DNA of 64,000 nucleotides from assembly GCA_030748775.1 (NCBI GenBank), contig JASMLH010000003.1, forward strand, positions 24,281 through 88,280, written 5' to 3'. Source of the stretch: Candidatus Thalassarchaeaceae archaeon (lineage in GTDB: Archaea > Thermoplasmatota > Poseidoniia > Poseidoniales > Thalassarchaeaceae). Of the stretch, positions 58,030-64,000 are shown piece after piece (the first letter of the stretch is position 1; the number at the start of each line of letters is the position of its first letter). A program made the position numbers and the translations under genes. The notes under the pieces were generated by a model. The model made no database searches and was not told where the DNA came from. It saw only the letters and a program-made list of their open reading frames with translations.

Positions 58030-58485
58030 ATGTCAAGGATGCACAGCAGAGGCAAGGGAAAGAGTGGCTCATCCAAGCCGAATTCAACGAAGCCTCCAGA
58101 ATGGTCAAACTCAGACAAGAAGGACATCGAAGAGACAATTGTACAACTCTCTAATCAGGGCCACTCCAATGCAATGATAGGCTCAATACTGAGGGATAAG
58201 CATGGAGTTCCAGATGTGAGATTGGTAACCGGAGAGAGGATTTCTCAAACCCTTGATAGAATGAACGTCGAAACCGGATATCCCGAAGACCTGATGAGTT
58301 TGATGAGACGTGCTCTTGGGCTAATCGACCATCTTTCACAAAATGGCAAGGATATCCACAATAGGCGACAATTGGAGCTGTGCGAGTCTAAGATTAGGCG
58401 CCTGTCCCGATACTACAAGCAAAACAACAAGCTTGAGTCAGACTGGACATACAAGCGTGACCAACTGAGGCTAATGGTCGAGTGA
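58030..58485 (+). CDS. rps15: 30S ribosomal protein S15 (uS15)
   Basis: MSRMHSRGKGKSGSSKP, IGSILRDKHGVPDV, PEDLMSL, KDIHNRRQLEL.ESKIRRL.RYYK. Confidence 0.97.
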   Translation: MSRMHSRGKGKSGSSKPNSTKPPEWSNSDKKDIEETIVQLSNQGHSNAMIGSILRDKHGVPDVRLVTGERISQTLDRMNVETGYPEDLMSLMRRALGLIDHLSQNGKDIHNRRQLELCESKIRRLSRYYKQNNKLESDWTYKRDQLRLMVE

Positions 58486-58523
58486 TACGTAGGAATTAGA
58501 ACTCCCTGCATCAGTGGCCAGCT

Positions 58524-59396
58524 ATGAGGGAGTTAGTCCGCGAGGCTGCATTCTTCGAGATTTCTGAATTCCTCGAAAGAACAGCGAGGCTTGTACTGGG
58601 GGCATCTTCGCGGGTCCTCCTGTCCTCATCACCAACACTGGAAGGGGCACTATCTCTAGTCCCCTTGGAGGGTGCCTTAATCGACTCTGGAATCCCCTAT
58701 AGGAGGAGTTTTAGTACTGAAATCCCGAATTCCGGGACATTTGTTCGTGTTTCCGACGTCTTGCTTTCAAATTATGAAATGCCAATCGAGACATCGGGAG
58801 GGTTCACTCTTTCGCCCATCGTTGTTGATGGACTTACGGGACACCAAGGAGACGTTAGAAAGGGCCCTCTTAGCCCCGTAGCACAGTCACACGCAATGGC
58901 CCAGTTAATTTGCCCATCTAGTAAGAGGCTGAGAATGATGAGGCCTTGGGCTCTGTCTGGAAATTGGATTGATAAAGCTCTAGACACATCATACGATCCA
59001 GTTTTCTCTGCTATCAGGGATTTTCTCGTTTCCGAAGGATCAATTCGAGTTGTCCCAGTCACAGAGGTCCCTGATCCAGAACCCCAAAATTATCCCTGGT
59101 TGGATATGGATGAATTGCTAACGACCCGCGAATCATGGCCAGAGATGGGACTAGATGAGAGATCGGAGGCAATGTCTGCACTGGCCCTGCATTCACTACT
59201 GCCAAACATTCCATCCACTCCTAGACTGGAGGGGCTTCTCTGGCAATGCATACTGGGAATTGGTTGGGATGCAGATCTAGCCTCACAAATTACCAGAGCT
59301 CACAGGTATTGGGACGAACTAGTACCACGGGAAGCATCAAACTTGGTCTCTGACTCAATTCTTTCAACAGGCAGGATTACATCACTCAAGTCTTAG
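58524..59396 (+). CDS. Hypothetical protein, possibly a degenerate RecJ/DHH-family homolog
   Basis: Immediately after rps15, where archaea commonly carry a RecJ-like DHH gene; LLSSSPTLEGALS..LEGALIDSGIPYRRSF resembles RecJ motif I in spacing but lacks DxD; no DHH. Confidence 0.45.
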   Translation: MRELVREAAFFEISEFLERTARLVLGASSRVLLSSSPTLEGALSLVPLEGALIDSGIPYRRSFSTEIPNSGTFVRVSDVLLSNYEMPIETSGGFTLSPIVVDGLTGHQGDVRKGPLSPVAQSHAMAQLICPSSKRLRMMRPWALSGNWIDKALDTSYDPVFSAIRDFLVSEGSIRVVPVTEVPDPEPQNYPWLDMDELLTTRESWPEMGLDERSEAMSALALHSLLPNIPSTPRLEGLLWQCILGIGWDADLASQITRAHRYWDELVPREASNLVSDSILSTGRITSLKS

Positions 59397-61388
59397 AGTA
59401 CTACCACAGTCACTGCATTCGATTCTAAGTGGCCTTACAGCCGACTCAACGGAAATACGATTGTTGCATGAGGGGCACCTGACTCTCCCTGCTGGCTTTG
59501 GCCTGACATTGCCGGTTGTGGGCGAATCAATTGGCGGGGAAATTAAGGCAGCTGGAAATACCAGCAGGATACTTGAAGCAACAACTCCTAGGACAATCTG
59601 CATTGGAAGTCCGAACCAGTAGATAGAGAATGTTAGCACCCCTAGGACTCCTATCATTGCCATACTTGGAATCCTTGACCTGCTCCTAGTCAGTGCCATT
59701 CCTGCTGCAATTGCCATGCAAAGTGAGAAAACTGCAAGCATTGCAGAAACAAGTGGACTGAAAAGAAGCGAGTTACTGGTAGAAAACTCCACTCTGAAGT
59801 CAGTGTCTGACTCTATTTCTGACTCATCGATAGATAGAATCTCCATAACAATCCATCTGCGATGTTCATAGGAGATGTCTTCGTTATCGGAGTATACACC
59901 CCCAAGTCCTGCGAGCATCCCAGCCCTAATCTCGAATGAAAGCTCAACATTGGTCCAATAATCAAATCCACCATTCCTCACGAAGTCTTCGATTAGTGTC
60001 TGTCTTGTATCTTGGTCGACATCGAATTTAGCACTCACTCTAATCGATATTACGTCCGAATTGAACGCTCTGGAGCTTCCGAAGTCTATTGAAATATCCA
60101 AAGGTCCGAAATCAACTGGATCAGCACCAAATATTGCCTCTGGCTCTATCATTAGTCCTTCAGATAATAGTGACTTTAGATTTGATTTTGATCCCTCCAG
60201 ATGCCTGTTTAAAGCCAATAGTTCTGAATCATCAACCCTGCCATTTTGCTTGTCCGATGAACCTACTTCGTTAGAGTATGAATTGAGATTCTTCCACCAG
60301 CTGTTCGAACCAAGACTTCTGTTTCCAATATTGTCCAAACCCCACCTCATCCATTGGGACATTGCCCCATCGAATCTTACCGTGGTGTCTCTATCCATAG
60401 TGTCCCCGTCATATTTGCAATCAACGATTATTGCCAGATTTGATCCTCCTGTCTTTGGAGGTTCCTCTTCTGGGTACCAACTATTGTCTCCGGAATCTTG
60501 ACCTACAGTGATTTCATGGGTCTTATCGACATCAATTCTCAGAGAATTCTGAGGCGAAAGGAAAAAATCCGTCCTTAGTGCACCACCTTCAAAATTGGAT
60601 GCATCCCAAACAAAAGTAACATCTACCCAGTCTTCGTTCTGCGTAGTAATGGGACTCTCTGAGACATCTACGTTCTGAACCTGCAATCCACCATTTGATG
60701 CTGTCCAAATCTTGTCTCCAAATCCAGATGTAAGCCTGACAGGTAAGAAAACTAGGCTACCTTTGACGCTGGCGTCTCTTAGTTGGACGTCGACTAGGGG
60801 GAATTGGAGAGTCAGCGAAGCGTCATTTTCAGCTGTGCCCCAGAAGAAACGTACTCCTGCCTCTCCTCCTGGATTGGAAAATATTACGCTCCTAACGGAG
60901 AAAATTAACTCAATCTTATCACCTTTGGAAATCTGTCCATTTTCCACCTCCACCGAAACGATTAGCTCTCCGGAACTCGTTAGGTAGAAAGCCGGAATAT
61001 CGGATGAGCTCTCGTAGGTGCTACCTCCTACTTTTACCAGAACCGTGGCATTTCCAGAAACCCCTGTGGAATCTTCTACCTGATATGGGATGCTGAATGT
61101 CCAAGTTCCTTGTGAATATTCGCCGTCAGAACCCCAGGTTAGTTTCCATGTCCCTACTTCCACTTCTCCAAATATTGATGACGTAACTTCTGCCGACTTT
61201 TCTTCTTCTAAGTCCGTCTCAAAAGGAGTCAGTTGTCCATTGTCAGCATCCCCGATAATGAATAGTTCGAAATCTTGACTAGGGCAGCACGAGCTGGACT
61301 CGCTAGCACTAGAAGAAACTGGTATGGTTACTGAAACCATCATCAGTGCGAGAACAATCCCGAAGATTCGGACACGTGAGCCCTCCAT
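59382..61388 (-). CDS. Membrane-anchored protein with a large extracellular domain, C-terminal TM helices and a zinc ribbon
   Basis: Signal peptide (IFGIVLALMMVSVTI), three TM segments near the C-terminus, CPSC...CSDCG; ATG 61388 preferred. Confidence 0.65.
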   Translation of the reverse strand: MEGSRVRIFGIVLALMMVSVTIPVSSSASESSSCCPSQDFELFIIGDADNGQLTPFETDLEEEKSAEVTSSIFGEVEVGTWKLTWGSDGEYSQGTWTFSIPYQVEDSTGVSGNATVLVKVGGSTYESSSDIPAFYLTSSGELIVSVEVENGQISKGDKIELIFSVRSVIFSNPGGEAGVRFFWGTAENDASLTLQFPLVDVQLRDASVKGSLVFLPVRLTSGFGDKIWTASNGGLQVQNVDVSESPITTQNEDWVDVTFVWDASNFEGGALRTDFFLSPQNSLRIDVDKTHEITVGQDSGDNSWYPEEEPPKTGGSNLAIIVDCKYDGDTMDRDTTVRFDGAMSQWMRWGLDNIGNRSLGSNSWWKNLNSYSNEVGSSDKQNGRVDDSELLALNRHLEGSKSNLKSLLSEGLMIEPEAIFGADPVDFGPLDISIDFGSSRAFNSDVISIRVSAKFDVDQDTRQTLIEDFVRNGGFDYWTNVELSFEIRAGMLAGLGGVYSDNEDISYEHRRWIVMEILSIDESEIESDTDFRVEFSTSNSLLFSPLVSAMLAVFSLCMAIAAGMALTRSRSRIPSMAMIGVLGVLTFSIYWFGLPMQIVLGVVASSILLVFPAALISPPIDSPTTGNVRPKPAGRVRCPSCNNRISVESAVRPLRIECSDCGSTLRLE

Positions 61389-61461
61389 CGTGCCTCTGAT
61401 TGATGTCTTGCCCTTCAATGCGACGCAAGGATTTGACCTCGCTATGCCAAATGATTGCATG

Positions 61462-63174
61462 TCAGCCATGGAGCCAGATTAGAATTGCCGTCAAATCTTC
61501 TTCAAACCGATCAAGCCTTGCAAAACCGACCCTCTCGAGTTGATATACGTCTCCGATGACCAGATCTACATCCTCTAATAGGCCGTCCAACTCATCTATT
61601 TCATCCCCATCGGGGATGACCAGTCTCGCCTTGCGTGAATTTTCCAGTGGAAGCCAGTGAATTTTTCGTCGTTCGTCAGATTTTTCGAAACTTTCAATGT
61701 TGGCTAATTCATCTACAATTTTCACGTCGGCAAAGTCCTTCAGTCTGAAAACACCGTCACCTATGTCTCCGTCCTGAATGACTACAGGACCTCCAACCAT
61801 CCAGCACCTGTTCCCCACTGTTGGATTCTCTGGGTGCCTAGGCAGACTCAAATTTGATGTTGGAAAATCGCCCTGCAATTTTATTTCACGCGGGTCTCCT
61901 ACGAAGACCCTACGCTCAGTCTTAGAATCAATAATCCTGGCATTGAATGACTCCAGCGTCTGTAAAGGAATTGATATGTCCTTCTGCGAAAGTCCTAGAT
62001 CGATCCAGAATTCTCGGAGTGACTCAGAGCAGAATCCACGCCTTTGAAGTGCTTTGATTGTAGGTAGACGAGGGTCATCCCAACCTTCTTTGGCCCCCGA
62101 ATCAATTGACTCCCGAATACTCGATGTGGAGAATCCTCCGTATTCGTGTACTTTCACTCTGCCCCAGTATAGTGCAGATGGGTATTCCCAACCGAAGTGT
62201 TCGTACAGCAGGGTTTGCTTTCTGGTGCTATCCATCAGATCTTTTCCGCGAATAATGTGAGTAACCCCCTGTTCGTGGTCCTCTATTGCGCTTTGGAAGT
62301 CAAGAAGAGGCCAGACTTTGTATCTATCACCCACCATCGGATGGGGCTTATGTTGAATTCTTAGTGCAGGCCAGTCTCTCAGTGCAGGATTTGGAATGTT
62401 CATGTCCGTTTTGACCCTAACAACGGCCCCCCCCTCCTCAATTTCTCCTTCGTTCATTGCATCCCAGTCAGCAATATTTCCCTCTATGCTTTTGTTTCTG
62501 CACGGACATTCCTCTTTCGAGTTCCTGAATTCCCTGAAACTTTCGGATTTACATCTACATACATACCCATGACCCCCCTGTATCATCTTTCTTGCATAAT
62601 CGAGGTACACTGGCATTCTGTCACTAGCCCTAATAACAACGTCAGCAGACCTACCGGATATCCACTCAAATTCCTCCTCAATCCAACTATATGCCTCGGG
62701 GATTGGAGGCTTTACTTTCGTGTCCGTGTCATCAAACCTCAGAACTACCTTCCCACCATACATTTTGGCATATTCAGAATTGATCACAACTCCCCTTGAA
62801 TGTCCTAGCGATAGCGGCCCATTGGGATTTGGAGCAAACCTAAGGACTACCTCCGAAGACTCGCCTGGAAGATCCTTTAGTCCAACCGATTTTTCCTGCT
62901 TCTTTCTTTCCAAAGCATCAGGGGCTAATTTCTCTAATAGAACTCTCACATGGGCAAGTCCCATACTTTCAGCAATTTCGTTTGCTTCGTCAACTTCTTT
63001 GTCGACAATCCCCTTCAATTCTCGAGCCACATCCCGCAGGTCTTCTCTCTCCGATAGGAGCCTTCCCAATACACTCCCCGACTCTCCCTTTCCATCGTAT
63101 TCCAATGAGTTCTGCAATGCATATTTGCGAACTGTATTCACGACTTCGTCGTCCCAAGGAGTATTCTCGCTCAT
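61462..63174 (-). CDS. gltX: Glutamate-tRNA ligase (archaeal type)
   Basis: LRFAPNPNGPLSLGH, LRFDDTD, YVCRC, PALRDWPALRI, WPLLDF, THIIRGKD, DDPRLPT..L.RRG, QLERVGFARLD; ATG 63174 preferred. Confidence 0.96.
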   Translation of the reverse strand: MSENTPWDDEVVNTVRKYALQNSLEYDGKGESGSVLGRLLSEREDLRDVARELKGIVDKEVDEANEIAESMGLAHVRVLLEKLAPDALERKKQEKSVGLKDLPGESSEVVLRFAPNPNGPLSLGHSRGVVINSEYAKMYGGKVVLRFDDTDTKVKPPIPEAYSWIEEEFEWISGRSADVVIRASDRMPVYLDYARKMIQGGHGYVCRCKSESFREFRNSKEECPCRNKSIEGNIADWDAMNEGEIEEGGAVVRVKTDMNIPNPALRDWPALRIQHKPHPMVGDRYKVWPLLDFQSAIEDHEQGVTHIIRGKDLMDSTRKQTLLYEHFGWEYPSALYWGRVKVHEYGGFSTSSIRESIDSGAKEGWDDPRLPTIKALQRRGFCSESLREFWIDLGLSQKDISIPLQTLESFNARIIDSKTERRVFVGDPREIKLQGDFPTSNLSLPRHPENPTVGNRCWMVGGPVVIQDGDIGDGVFRLKDFADVKIVDELANIESFEKSDERRKIHWLPLENSRKARLVIPDGDEIDELDGLLEDVDLVIGDVYQLERVGFARLDRFEEDLTAILIWLHG

Positions 63175-63218
63175 GATGTTCGATTTGACCGAGCAAAGGT
63201 GGCATTTCACCATTCTTG

Positions 63219-63956
63219 CTAATTCCAATCATCCAGGGCAGATTGAGAGGACCCCCCGGGTCCTACGAACCTCTCTGGCAAAGGGCTGCTTCTGAGGCTG
63301 TTCCATGCTCCAACAACTGTTGCCCAACTCCACCTCAGGCAGTCGTGAGGCTTACCTTCTCGGCATAATTCAATCACTGCATGCTGCGTCTTTGGGTCAG
63401 ATGGGTAACCTGATCCCACGTCAATCCCCAATTCTTCAGAAATCTTCGCAATCTCTGAGTCTCTAACATGCTTAGCGACAACGCTAGCGGCCCCAACTAA
63501 AACGTCCGAAGAATCCATTCGGTGCTCGGAGCGAATATTGCAGTGAGACCATTTTGGACCAAGTTCTTCTGAAACAGATTTCCCAAATCTTTCGGCGTTT
63601 ACATCACAAGCATCAAGTAGAATTTCTGGATTTTGAGTCGCATCCCCCGCGAACTCAATAGCTTCAGCGAACAGCCCTACCTCCAGAGAATTAAGGCCAA
63701 TGCGAGACATTTCCCTATCAATTCGACTGGGTGGGCAAATTATCACACCAAGTCCCCATTTTCTAGACTTAGAATAGGAAAAAATTTCCCTGAAAATCCT
63801 CTCTCTGATGAACTTGCTGAGTTTCTTTGAGTCATCTGCACCTATTTCCAATAGAATCCCTCGGTCTTCTTCTGGAATTTCCAAGGCACAAACTACCAAA
63901 GGCCCGATTACCGGTCCCCGACCAGCTTCGTCCACACCAATTTGACGTGCTACCAC
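63219..63956 (-). CDS. rnhB: Ribonuclease HII
   Basis: GVDEAGRGPVIGPLVV, DDSKKL, LDACD, VGAASVVAK..RD, GSGYPSDP..R.SW; GTG start. Confidence 0.96.
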   Translation of the reverse strand: MVARQIGVDEAGRGPVIGPLVVCALEIPEEDRGILLEIGADDSKKLSKFIRERIFREIFSYSKSRKWGLGVIICPPSRIDREMSRIGLNSLEVGLFAEAIEFAGDATQNPEILLDACDVNAERFGKSVSEELGPKWSHCNIRSEHRMDSSDVLVGAASVVAKHVRDSEIAKISEELGIDVGSGYPSDPKTQHAVIELCREGKPHDCLRWSWATVVGAWNSLRSSPLPERFVGPGGSSQSALDDWN

Positions 63957-64000
63957 GGACCTGAATACTACCTAAATCACTTGAAACTACTGTAAATCGA

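Overview
Gene-dense archaeal chromosome segment. Archaeal-type rps15, GluRS, CarS, AglB, ArcS and XPD, together with giant acidic Ca-binding surface proteins, point to Thermoplasmatota, most likely Marine Group II (Ca. Poseidoniales); this assignment is an inference. The window holds about 29 protein genes and one tRNA-Leu(TAA). I saw no rRNA, CRISPR array, transposase, integrase or prophage. More than half of the sequence encodes very large secreted or membrane-anchored proteins: a 981-aa Ig/NEW3-like protein, a ~2980-aa DxDxDG-repeat/transglutaminase-like/DUF4129-like protein, a ~3170-aa AglB, a 1429-aa beta-helix protein and a ~1900-aa DxDxDG-repeat/propeller protein. The rest is housekeeping (folate pair, XPD, gdhA, purD, dnaJ, arcS, rps15, gltX, rnhB). 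The best candidate for an uncharacterised system is at 13.5-22.6 kb. There a ribbon-helix-helix regulator has a 20-bp palindrome on its own promoter. It is followed by a small ORF with a perfect Shine-Dalgarno site and then a 970-aa tandem-receiver/ATP-grasp/His-domain protein that lacks the PEP-binding domain. This block is divergent from an HD hydrolase and NADP-glutamate dehydrogenase. Other notable items are the ~3x oversized AglB with intact motifs, a transglutaminase domain lacking its catalytic His, a wHTH-STAND-TPR regulator, a probably degenerate RecJ-like gene after rps15, and codon-aligned junctions in 6 of 7 convergent gene pairs. All family calls come from motif recognition by eye; no database searches were run.
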